Assembly: GCA_964599625.1 (NCBI GenBank)
Contig: CAZRGC010000005.1
Span: forward strand, 10,462-74,461
Direction: 5' to 3'
DNA from: an uncultured Gammaproteobacteria bacterium
Lineage (GTDB): Bacteria; Patescibacteriota; Microgenomatia; UBA8517
DNA: 64,000 nucleotides
The notes under the pieces: model-generated
What the model was told of the DNA's origin: nothing
Database searches by the model: none
Seen by the model: the letters and a program-made list of their open reading frames with translations, nothing else
Shown: piece after piece, positions 8,569-16,150 of the stretch
Layout: every line of letters starts with the position of its first letter
How positions within the stretch are numbered: position 1 is the first letter of the stretch
Made by a program: the position numbers and the translations under genes

Positions 8569-9219
8569 TTAATGTCTTTCGTGCCCGTGATGGTGGTGAT
8601 GGTGGTGTTTGTGTTCACTTTTAGAAGCTTCCGCCTCTTTGGAAACTCTCATTACACCAATACCCAACTCTAAAAAGGCCAAGTCTGCGTTTTGAATAAG
8701 TTCTTCTTTAGATCCTTCATTCCAAATTGTCCTATCAGCCAGCTCAAGACATTTGTCCACCTGCATTGCAGTGGAACCTTCTTCTCCTCTCTCTCTTTCA
8801 AGCATCTTTATAAATTCTTCAAATGTTTCGGGGTCTCCCGGGCGCTTCCTTTCTTTCATTCTTTTAAAAAGCGTTTCAGGACTTGCCGTGATTCCAATTA
8901 CTTTTGCATCAAAAAAGTCTTTAAGAAAAGTTATTTCATCGGGGTGTCTTATGCTGTCAATCACGACTAAATCGGCGTGTTTGAACTCATTTTTGGCAAC
9001 AGTCATTCTTGCCAAAATGTCAGCACCTTCTTTTGCTCTCATATCATCACCAAGGTTCTGAAGCACTTCGCGTTTATGTGACCATCCATATTTTGTAGCA
9101 ACTTCACGCAAGATGTCCGAAAGCGAAAAATAAGTAAATCCTTGGCCAACCAAATACTTGCTTATTTCCCCTTTTCCGCCGGACCCTGGTCCTGTAAAAC
9201 CAATTATCACTCTTTCCAT
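8569..9219 (-). CDS. P-loop NTPase, adenylate-kinase-like nucleotide kinase with native His-rich C-terminus
   Basis: Walker A GFTGPGSGGKGE resembles AK GxPGxGKGT; C-terminal KSEHKHHHHHHHGHERH. Confidence 0.55.
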   Translation of the reverse strand: MERVIIGFTGPGSGGKGEISKYLVGQGFTYFSLSDILREVATKYGWSHKREVLQNLGDDMRAKEGADILARMTVAKNEFKHADLVVIDSIRHPDEITFLKDFFDAKVIGITASPETLFKRMKERKRPGDPETFEEFIKMLERERGEEGSTAMQVDKCLELADRTIWNEGSKEELIQNADLAFLELGIGVMRVSKEAEASKSEHKHHHHHHHGHERH

Positions 9220-9275
9220 CTATGCTCTTTGTATAACAAGGAGGCTTGACTTGGTCAATATCCATATTTTTTGCC

Positions 9276-9312
9276 AAAAAAAACCGCCAGGTCTTTCGTA
9301 AAAAACCTGGCG
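9276..9312 (-). terminator. intrinsic terminator of the Ubl operon (CCGCCAGGT...ACCTGGCGG + U8)
   Basis: perfect 9-bp stem, A8 run on plus strand = U8 on minus strand, 30 nt after Ubl stop. Confidence 0.7.
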
Positions 9313-9341
9313 GAATTACCAACAAAACGATCAGAAACCGG

Positions 9342-9584
9342 TTACTTCCGGCCGCCCTCAACGAGGGGGATCAGGAAGATGCTGTCGCCGTTGCGGACAG
9401 TGGCGGTATCCCAGTCGTCCTCGGGGATGACTGCTTCGTTGCGCTCGACAGTGTTGACGTCATCGAGTGAGAAGCCGGCCGCTTCGACCGCTTCGCGCAA
9501 ATTCATGGCGTCACCTTCAAAGGTGTACTGCTTGGTATCGCCGTCCGAGAGGTCGGCAACCGTAATCGTGCTTTTTCGTGCCAT
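9342..9584 (-). CDS. ubiquitin-like / MoaD-ThiS-like beta-grasp protein ending LVEGG-RK (2-residue extension after di-Gly)
   Basis: 80 aa from ATG at 9584 with SD AAGGAG; ORF-track start at 9626 is a TTG; C-terminus GGRK; adjacent E1 and JAB genes; visibly GC-richer than neighbours. Confidence 0.65.
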   Translation of the reverse strand: MARKSTITVADLSDGDTKQYTFEGDAMNLREAVEAAGFSLDDVNTVERNEAVIPEDDWDTATVRNGDSIFLIPLVEGGRK

Positions 9585-9641
9585 CGTAGGCTCCTTGAAA
9601 AAAGTTGGGAATGTAATGTACTGCAATCTTACTTGCAGCGC

Positions 9642-10310
9642 CTATTCTACCATCATGCGGAATCTTTTCAAATCCACTGTTATGGCTTTAGGCAATGAAC
9701 CCGGATCTGTAAGAAAAGTTTTGACAACTTCGCCAACAACACCGGCACAGTTCATGACTGTGTAAAAAATAGCCGCTTGGGTGCAAACGGCATTGTGGAC
9801 TTTCACCTTGCGGAAAAGTTTTTCCTCGTATGCCTCCACCCGGATTTTGTCGCCCATTGGAATGGGGTAAATCTGATAAAGCTCTCCCGCCATCCTGGTT
9901 TCCACATACAAAGGAATGTGTTTGGAGCTCTTTCTTACCCCGCGCCAAATGTCTTGTCTGCCTTCGATCGAATGAACCGCACTCACAACAATTCCGTTAA
10001 GAGCTGTTGGTGCATGGTAATCTTTGGCAAATGGCGTTGCCTGGACAGTGGTGAATTCCATTAGATTTGTCGCCAAAGACTCTGCCTTTCCCTTACCAAG
10101 TTGAGATAACTTGAAAAACTGGTTGGGCAAATTATGGCTTTCGATCTTGTCGCTGTCCCAAATGGAAAGAATGTCCACACCCATCTTGGCAAGTGTGAAT
10201 CCGATCGGAGACCCCAGGCCGCCTGCACCAATCAAAACAAACGGATATTTGTTCAGGATTTGGGGAGGCAAAAGGCCCATCTGTCTCGTAAAGTTCAAGC
10301 GTTTTCCCAT
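9642..10310 (-). CDS. minimal ThiF/MoeB/E1-like adenylyltransferase (222 aa)
   Basis: Rossmann motif VLIGAGGLGSPIGFTLAKMGV and WDSDKIESHNLPNQFF (DxDxVExSNLxRQ-like); SD AGGAGG; candidate Cys in CTQAAIFYTVMNC. Confidence 0.8.
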   Translation of the reverse strand: MGKRLNFTRQMGLLPPQILNKYPFVLIGAGGLGSPIGFTLAKMGVDILSIWDSDKIESHNLPNQFFKLSQLGKGKAESLATNLMEFTTVQATPFAKDYHAPTALNGIVVSAVHSIEGRQDIWRGVRKSSKHIPLYVETRMAGELYQIYPIPMGDKIRVEAYEEKLFRKVKVHNAVCTQAAIFYTVMNCAGVVGEVVKTFLTDPGSLPKAITVDLKRFRMMVE

Positions 10311-10849
10311 TCAACCTCCTGTTTCGAAGATGGTTTGTAAACGACCTTCTCAGCAACTTCCTTTTCCAACTCTGCGCGCGTAAAGATTACTTCGTCTTTG
10401 CCCGTGTAGGTGTAAATCGTGAAGTTAAAAACGGAAAAGGGTTCGGGTTTTTGGATGTCGTACCGGGTCGCGAAATGTCCCTCTTTATTCCCCACAATTG
10501 AAAACAGTGGATATTTTTGGGACATCCGTTTGATTGTCTCGTCATCCTTGTCGCGCGACCAACCAACTTGGAAAACTCCATGGCTATGCCACCAAAGGCG
10601 GAAAGCCGAAAGAGGAATGCCTTTGCCAACCATCTCACGCACAAAGGCGGAGTGGCCCAATGGGTCAAAAGTGGTCAGAATATCTGTTGCGGTCTGTTTA
10701 ATAAGATAAAGATTGCGCACGTAGTGCACACCTTCAACCTCCTCAATATGACCCAGCCCACTAATCTCGCCTTTGGCAATGTCGATGTAGGTAAACCACT
10801 TTTCAAAAACAGTCTCCGGCATATAGACTACCGGTAAATAATCTTCCAT
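10295..10849 (-). CDS. JAB/MPN (JAMM) metallopeptidase
   Basis: Glu in GLGHIEE plus WWHSHGVFQVGWSRDKD (HxH-x7-S-x-D); 16-nt overlap with E1 gene; SD AAGGAG. Confidence 0.7.
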   Translation of the reverse strand: MEDYLPVVYMPETVFEKWFTYIDIAKGEISGLGHIEEVEGVHYVRNLYLIKQTATDILTTFDPLGHSAFVREMVGKGIPLSAFRLWWHSHGVFQVGWSRDKDDETIKRMSQKYPLFSIVGNKEGHFATRYDIQKPEPFSVFNFTIYTYTGKDEVIFTRAELEKEVAEKVVYKPSSKQEVEWENA

Positions 10850-10858
10850 ACCATCTCC

Positions 10859-11761
10859 TTATGATTCTCTTGCGAAAATCATCATCGACTCTGCGGCAAG
10901 GGCCAGTTCCTTCTTTTTCAAAAACTGGCTGACACCGTGGTGAATATTCCCCAAACAAAGTCCACCGCAGGAATATACATGTTCATGCTTTCCTTGATAT
11001 GCAGGGGATAAATAAAAAACCTGCACAAACGCGCTTTCATCCCAGTCGTTGGGGCGCATCACCACCAGTATCTCTCCAATGTTGACTTTGTTTTGGTCAC
11101 CACCAGATTCTCTGTACTGTGTTTTGCCCAAGCTAAACCTGATTTCATCTTCAGTTACAATCAGTTCGCCCTTGGATATCTTGTAGATATAGTCGTATTG
11201 CTTCTTGATCTGGGCATTGCTGAAATGGGTGCGTCTGAAAAAGGTCTGGAAGTTCTTGAACGATGCGCTTCTGAGATCTTGACGCTTTTTTCCTTCGATC
11301 ATTAACCTCTCTTCAAAGCCAGGAATTTTTTCATAGGCATCAAGAATGCGTTTAAGGACAAGGAGGGCTTTTTGCTTCTCATCGTCCTCGTAGACTGGAA
11401 GGTCAAAAGGTATGTAGATTGTGTTTCCCACCACCTCGGCCACCACGTTTTCGTCATTGTCCGTGATCGGATAACCTATGAGAGATGTTTGGACTCCTTC
11501 CCTTTGTGAATAGAGAAGTTCTACTCCGAACGCTTCGACAATTGAATTTTCGGAAGCGTTAGAAAATGGCCCAACCGAAGCGGAACGCCGGAAATAGATA
11601 TCCAGCCTGTTTTTGCGCATGTTTGGAATGCCAAAATCGGGTCGATCGAAGTCGTCATCCCCTATATGCACTGCATGAATATTGATCTTCCATCGTATTG
11701 CGTAAACCTGAAGAATCAACTTAATTTCTTCTTCAAGTCCTTCTACTTCAACTGTGTTCAT
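10859..11761 (-). CDS. protein with C-terminal UBC/E2-like active-site signature (300 aa from ATG 11761)
   Basis: HEHVYSCGGLCLGNIHHG matches E2 HPN-x7-C spacing and G-x-[IL]-C-L-x-[IN]-[IL]; N-terminal 240 aa unassigned; ORF-track start 11818 is TTG. Confidence 0.45.
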   Translation of the reverse strand: MNTVEVEGLEEEIKLILQVYAIRWKINIHAVHIGDDDFDRPDFGIPNMRKNRLDIYFRRSASVGPFSNASENSIVEAFGVELLYSQREGVQTSLIGYPITDNDENVVAEVVGNTIYIPFDLPVYEDDEKQKALLVLKRILDAYEKIPGFEERLMIEGKKRQDLRSASFKNFQTFFRRTHFSNAQIKKQYDYIYKISKGELIVTEDEIRFSLGKTQYRESGGDQNKVNIGEILVVMRPNDWDESAFVQVFYLSPAYQGKHEHVYSCGGLCLGNIHHGVSQFLKKKELALAAESMMIFARES

Positions 11762-11876
11762 ACTATCCTTTCCACGAAGTAGTCGTGATTTCGTTAAAAT
11801 TTCAAAGTTCAAAACCAAAAAACCAACTTGGGGATTTTATCATATCTCATAGTAAGCGGCAACTAAGCAAGGTGTG

Positions 11877-13079
11877 TTATTTGTCCTGCTGAAGTTGTTT
11901 GAGGCCCATCACTCTCAAGTAATCACGATCAAAAGCTGCCACTAATGACTCTTTGGAAGAAAGCGGTCCGGGTTTTAGAAACCTAGTGCCTGCGCCTTTC
12001 TGCACTCTTGCGCAAATATCCAAAAAGTCCTGCTTGTTGGTTAGGTCCCAAAAATCCACAGCATCCTTGGGGTTGTAGCCAGGAGACTTGGCAGCGTCTT
12101 TCCTAAAAAGCCATCTACTTATTATTTTTGTTTTGTTCTCAGATATGGGAACTATCAAGTCATAGTTGACATAATCCGGATGCACTCCCAAAAGAAGCAT
12201 TCCCGGAGAAAATGAATATGCGTAAAGCCGCTTAACCTCGTCCTCCTTAAAATCCCCCAAAAGGGGTGCGCAAAACTCGCCGGAGATTGTAAGGTCATCA
12301 TATCCTTCTTTAACAAGCATATACCCACCCAAAACCGGCCCTTCTGTAACATCGTTGAACCAGGATTTGTAACCGGAAACCCTTATCAACTGAGGATGCT
12401 TTGTAGGACAATGATCACACTCTTCATAGTTTTCAAAAATTATTTTCCAATTTGCAGGGATATTGTTATAAACAATTTCTGCTCCCAACTCTAGCTCCCC
12501 TAATCCGTATTTATCCAAATCTGTCGGCAGATAAGGAAATGCCTCTTCAAAATTCATTGGTCTATTCGGGTCAACATTAATAAATATAAAACCGTTCCAC
12601 ACATGAACTGCAGACTCCTGAATGCAAAGCTCTTCCCTTTCAAACCCTTCGGTTTCTTCCAATGCCATGGCATTAATTACTTTTCCATTTTTATCAAAGG
12701 TGATGCTGTGATAATCGCACTGAATAACCTTGTTCAACTTCTTTTCTTCTTTTTCTTCTGTTATTTCGACGTCCCTATGCCCGTGATTTTCATCGTGTGG
12801 ATCTTCCATCAAACGGATATTTCGGTGTGGGCAAACATTATGCAGTGCCTTAACACCTCCGTCTTCACCTCTAAAAACTATTATGCTTTCGCCGTCAATT
12901 TCATACAAAAAATAATTATCGGGATTGGGTATGTCGCTTACATGCCCAACACAAATGGGGTTTTCATAAATGAACTTTTCTTTTTCTTTTTGGAAAATCA
13001 CCTCGGAGGTGTAAAACTCACCACTCAATACTCGCGAACCCTTCACAAACGTCTCCTGTGTTCTTTTTGCTTCCGTCAT
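11877..13079 (-). CDS. Rieske [2Fe-2S] domain non-heme iron oxygenase-like protein
   Basis: Rieske boxes VCPHR and QCDYH (unusually long His-rich spacer DPHDENHGH); candidate mononuclear Fe site EECDHCPTKH. Confidence 0.55.
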   Translation of the reverse strand: MTEAKRTQETFVKGSRVLSGEFYTSEVIFQKEKEKFIYENPICVGHVSDIPNPDNYFLYEIDGESIIVFRGEDGGVKALHNVCPHRNIRLMEDPHDENHGHRDVEITEEKEEKKLNKVIQCDYHSITFDKNGKVINAMALEETEGFEREELCIQESAVHVWNGFIFINVDPNRPMNFEEAFPYLPTDLDKYGLGELELGAEIVYNNIPANWKIIFENYEECDHCPTKHPQLIRVSGYKSWFNDVTEGPVLGGYMLVKEGYDDLTISGEFCAPLLGDFKEDEVKRLYAYSFSPGMLLLGVHPDYVNYDLIVPISENKTKIISRWLFRKDAAKSPGYNPKDAVDFWDLTNKQDFLDICARVQKGAGTRFLKPGPLSSKESLVAAFDRDYLRVMGLKQLQQDK

Positions 13080-13115
13080 GTGCCGATTGTAACAAAAATT
13101 TTCTAATAAAGTAGG

Positions 13116-13988
13116 TCATCTTGGGCCTTCGTCTCTACTACGAAGTTCGTCGCTTATCATAGCTCTCACAATACCTTGGACCTCCTCCCTTGTTATGGGA
13201 ATATAAATTTTTTTAAGCTCACCTAAATACTTTGCATAAGCTTTTTCTGGGGATTCCTGAGGACGCATTGATTTCACACCAATATCATTCATGGAAACAA
13301 TATCAACTTGCTCGGGAAGCTCGGCCTCAAGGTCAAGACCTTGAATAATTCCGCGATACTGAGGTTTCATCCCATTTACCAACTTCCAAAGATTTCTTTT
13401 AAATCCTTCAAATTGCTTTTCACCTATTCCACCTTTAACTTTTGCGTCTAGTGCCCCTACAATTTTGGCAACTCTTTTACCCGAGACTGAATCTGTCTTT
13501 ATATCAATTAGTAAAGCGTCAGGATTCTCCACCGGCCTTGTTCCAGGAAAAAGATTCAGACTATACGTTAAATTATCCATATTTTCGCCATATTCACCGT
13601 TCTCGTCAGGCACTGGAAGCGGGTCCCCTTCCAAATTCATTTCGCTCTGGCTAAAAAAATCGATGTCTCTATATTTATTAGACATCAGAACTCTCTGCAA
13701 AAAATCTGCCAAAGCTCTGTTTTCTGGGTTATGAGTAAGTCTTGTGTAATAATAATTAAGGGCTATCTCCTCAAAAACAAACCCGGAAACACTTCCAAAC
13801 ACGTCGGGTGCTTCCAAAGCATCTTTTCCATGATTTTCTATACGGTTGTGGATATATGTTTTTACACCTTGATACCTGTCACTTGCATAAAATTCCTGGA
13901 CCAGTTCATCTTTGAGCCTATTCCTCTCGGTAAGCGCTTTATTTTCTACTTTTTCCCCAACCGGAAATCCTTCGCCAACTCCTTCCAT
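13116..13988 (-). CDS. hypothetical protein (290 aa), first gene of the Ubl operon
   Basis: 36-nt gap to Rieske gene, same strand; no recognisable motif. Confidence 0.5.
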   Translation of the reverse strand: MEGVGEGFPVGEKVENKALTERNRLKDELVQEFYASDRYQGVKTYIHNRIENHGKDALEAPDVFGSVSGFVFEEIALNYYYTRLTHNPENRALADFLQRVLMSNKYRDIDFFSQSEMNLEGDPLPVPDENGEYGENMDNLTYSLNLFPGTRPVENPDALLIDIKTDSVSGKRVAKIVGALDAKVKGGIGEKQFEGFKRNLWKLVNGMKPQYRGIIQGLDLEAELPEQVDIVSMNDIGVKSMRPQESPEKAYAKYLGELKKIYIPITREEVQGIVRAMISDELRSRDEGPR

Positions 13989-14178
13989 ACAAACCAGTAT
14001 ATATGAATAAAAATGTTTATTTGAAAGTCACCGTCTGAAATTTGTTTTTGACAAAGCGAGTGAATACATCTCCAAAGTTGCAATTGTTTGACGAGGGTTT
14101 ACCCCGAAGAAGTTTTGCAAACAAAACATGAACGAGCGAAGGAACTAACAAATTTCAGTGAGGTGGGCATTTCTTGGT

Positions 14179-14204
14179 TCATTCTTTGGGCAAACAAAGA
14201 ATGA
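14179..14204. promoter_or_regulatory. perfect 10-bp inverted repeat TCATTCTTTG-n6-CAAAGAATGA in divergent promoter region
   Basis: lies between divergent operons 13988(-) and 14229(+); candidate operator. Confidence 0.3.
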
Positions 14205-14228
14205 ACAATATTGGTATATAATTACAAT

Positions 14229-15041
14229 ATGAGACGAAATTTCGGCAAAAAAAGTATTAATAGTAGGCAACGCCGAACCATTCACACTGAGCGTAGCAGA
14301 AGTACTTCCTGGGAAAATTCTTCAAGGTGGTATAACAAGATCACGGGAGAAAAAGGACATTATTACCACGAACATGTGGTTATTCCCGGTGTACTAAAAC
14401 TTTTTGACCTCAAACCGGGAGATAAACTTTTGGACTTGGCTTGTGGCAACGGTATTTTGGGAAGAAGCATCCCCAAAGGAATCGAATATCTTGGTGTAGA
14501 TTTGTCGGAGAGCTTGATATCGGTAGCCAAAAAAATGGATACAAACATTAATCACAAATACACTTCGGGTGACGTTACCCATCCATTAAACGTAGGTGCA
14601 GATTTCAATAAAGCCGCAATTATACTTTCTTTGCAAAATATCAAAAAACCGCATCTTGCTATTGATAACGCGTCCAAACACCTTGCTTCCGGAGGAGTTT
14701 TTGTAATCGTACTCAACCACCCTGCATTTCGCATTCCAAGACAGTCTTCCTGGGGAATCGAACAAGGGAGGCAAATTCAGTACAGAAGAGTTGATAAATA
14801 CATGTCCCGAATGGTGATACCGATAAACACAAACCCCAGTGACAAAAACTCCCCCGTCACTTGGAGTTATCATTTCCCCATAAGTGAATATTCCAAGATG
14901 CTCAAAAACTGCGGGTTTGTAATTTCGGAAATAGAAGAATGGACAAGCGACAAAGAAAGTGAAGGAAAAGTGGCAAAGATGGAAAATCGGGGCAGGAGTG
15001 AAATCCCTCTATTTTTAGCAATTGTTGCCACAAAGATTTAA
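14229..15041 (+). CDS. class I SAM-dependent methyltransferase
   Basis: motif I LLDLACGNGILG, motif post-I LGVDLSE; start at MRRNFGKK (ATG 14229). Confidence 0.75.
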   Translation: MRRNFGKKSINSRQRRTIHTERSRSTSWENSSRWYNKITGEKGHYYHEHVVIPGVLKLFDLKPGDKLLDLACGNGILGRSIPKGIEYLGVDLSESLISVAKKMDTNINHKYTSGDVTHPLNVGADFNKAAIILSLQNIKKPHLAIDNASKHLASGGVFVIVLNHPAFRIPRQSSWGIEQGRQIQYRRVDKYMSRMVIPINTNPSDKNSPVTWSYHFPISEYSKMLKNCGFVISEIEEWTSDKESEGKVAKMENRGRSEIPLFLAIVATKI

Positions 15042-15085
15042 CTTCAGTTGGTTTCAAACTTGGGTAAGTTGTTCGAAGAAATAGT

Positions 15086-15120
15086 GCCCGGGGCTGATTT
15101 TCATCAGGATTACCCCGGGC
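15086..15120. terminator. bidirectional terminator hairpin GCCCGGGG...CCCCGGGC
   Basis: 8-bp GC stem between convergent genes 14229..15041(+) and 15154..15459(-). Confidence 0.5.
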
Positions 15121-15153
15121 AAGAACAAATTTCAGAAAAGCGGTTTCGGCAGA

Positions 15154-15459
15154 CTAGGCTTCGCGAGCGAGCGGGTAGCGCAACTTCCGCGCACCGACTT
15201 CGACAGGCAGGTCGGAAACAAGGCTACCGATGACGTGCATTTTTTCGATAGTACCGTCACACACCCAGGTCACATGCAAGATCTCGCCGCCGGGCAAGAC
15301 CAGATTGTCAGCTTCCTTGAGCTGTTCGAGGTCAACGACGTAATCGTCGCCACCGCAATAGCCCCAGGTGAACTTCAGATCGTCGCCGACGATCTCGTGG
15401 GCGCGCAAAGCGTTTTCGAGCGTGTCTTCGTCAAACGGGGTCAACACACGAGTGTTCAT
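15154..15459 (-). CDS. hypothetical protein (101 aa), GC-rich
   Basis: ORF; composition differs from neighbours. Confidence 0.4.
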   Translation of the reverse strand: MNTRVLTPFDEDTLENALRAHEIVGDDLKFTWGYCGGDDYVVDLEQLKEADNLVLPGGEILHVTWVCDGTIEKMHVIGSLVSDLPVEVGARKLRYPLAREA

Positions 15460-15741
15460 ACTGTCTCCTTGAATGAAAATGTTCGCTTTTATTTAAAAGC
15501 AGGCCTGTAGTACAATTACTATCTTATAATGTCAACTTGGGTGTATATCTGAAGTTAATTCCGATTATCCCAAAACCCTATCTAACGATAGTGTCTTGGC
15601 CTAAAGCTTCATATTTGGTAGAATACATGCTTGAGAGTGATCTTTCAGAAATTGTTTTTGGCCCTATTGCGTAAACAGGGGCCGAAAAAATAGATTTTTT
15701 GGACCTACGTCGCAGACGAGGGCCAGAAAGTCTGACTTTCT

Positions 15742-15814
15742 GGCCCTATCGTCTAGTGGCCTAGGACACGGGGTTTTCAGCCCTGTAACCTGGGTTCGAA
15801 TCCCAGTGGGGTCA
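15742..15814 (+). tRNA. tRNA-Glu (anticodon TTC)
   Basis: acceptor GGCCCTA/TGGGGTC (2 GU), D-arm GTCT-AGTGGCCTA-GGAC, anticodon loop TTTTCAG, T-arm CTGGG-TTCGAAT-CCCAG; no encoded CCA. Confidence 0.85.
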
Positions 15815-15831
15815 CTCAAAAAATCATTGGA

Positions 15832-15895
15832 GGGCCCATAACAACCTTGCTTCGCAAGAACGTTGTGGTGCCCGCTTGATGACTCGCGGGCCCAT
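15832..15895 (+). other. structured spacer bounded by GGGCCCAT repeats (third copy starts tRNA-Lys); internal hairpin ACAACCTTGC-ttc-GCAAGaacGTTGT
   Basis: GGGCCCATA at 15832, 15888 and 15928; possible tRNA remnant or processed spacer RNA. Confidence 0.3.
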
Positions 15896-15927
15896 AAGCA
15901 AAGCTTGTGTGCCACAGACAGTTACAT

Positions 15928-15999
15928 GGGCCCATAGCTCAATGGTAGAGCAACACCCTTTTAAGGTGATGGTTACAGGTTCGAGTCCTGTTGGGCTCA
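15928..15999 (+). tRNA. tRNA-Lys (anticodon TTT)
   Basis: acceptor GGGCCCA/TGGGCTC, D-arm GCTC-AATGGTA-GAGC, anticodon loop CTTTTAA, T-arm ACAGG-TTCGAGT-CCTGT. Confidence 0.85.
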
Positions 16000-16063
16000 C
16001 TCGCGTACGCTCCCTCTCCCACCACTCTTTGATAGTGCTTTTAAGGATAAATGTTTTGCGCAT

Positions 16064-16080
16064 GAGTCCTGTTGAACTCA
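16064..16080 (+). repeat. degenerate direct repeat of tRNA-Lys 3' end (GAGTCCTGTTGaaCTCA vs GAGTCCTGTTGggCTCA)
   Basis: 15/17 identity, about 65 nt downstream of the tRNA. Confidence 0.45.
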
Positions 16081-16150
16081 CTAGCTCTGGTTCCCATTCA
16101 ACATTTTTACCTCTATTTACTTGATAATTTATTTGTGAAAAAATCCAACT

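Noticed and set aside
8585-8615. Polyhistidine-coding tract as a possible cloning-vector His-tag contamination
   Set aside because: The tract encodes HKHHHHHHHGHERH. It is irregular, not His6 flanked by vector sequence. It is in frame and is followed by native intergenic sequence with a promoter-like region, so it is a natural His-rich tail.
9104-9361. Minus-strand ORF 9104..9361 (85 aa)
   Set aside because: It overlaps the start of the P-loop kinase gene and runs through the operon terminator. There is no RBS, so it is probably spurious.
9585-9626. N-terminal extension of the Ubl ORF (MQYITFPTFFKEPT) and of the E2-like ORF (11762..11818)
   Set aside because: Both ORF-track starts are TTG codons without SD sequences. 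Internal ATGs at 9584 and 11761 have good SD sequences (AAGGAG / AAAGGA), and the 80-aa Ubl size fits a beta-grasp domain.
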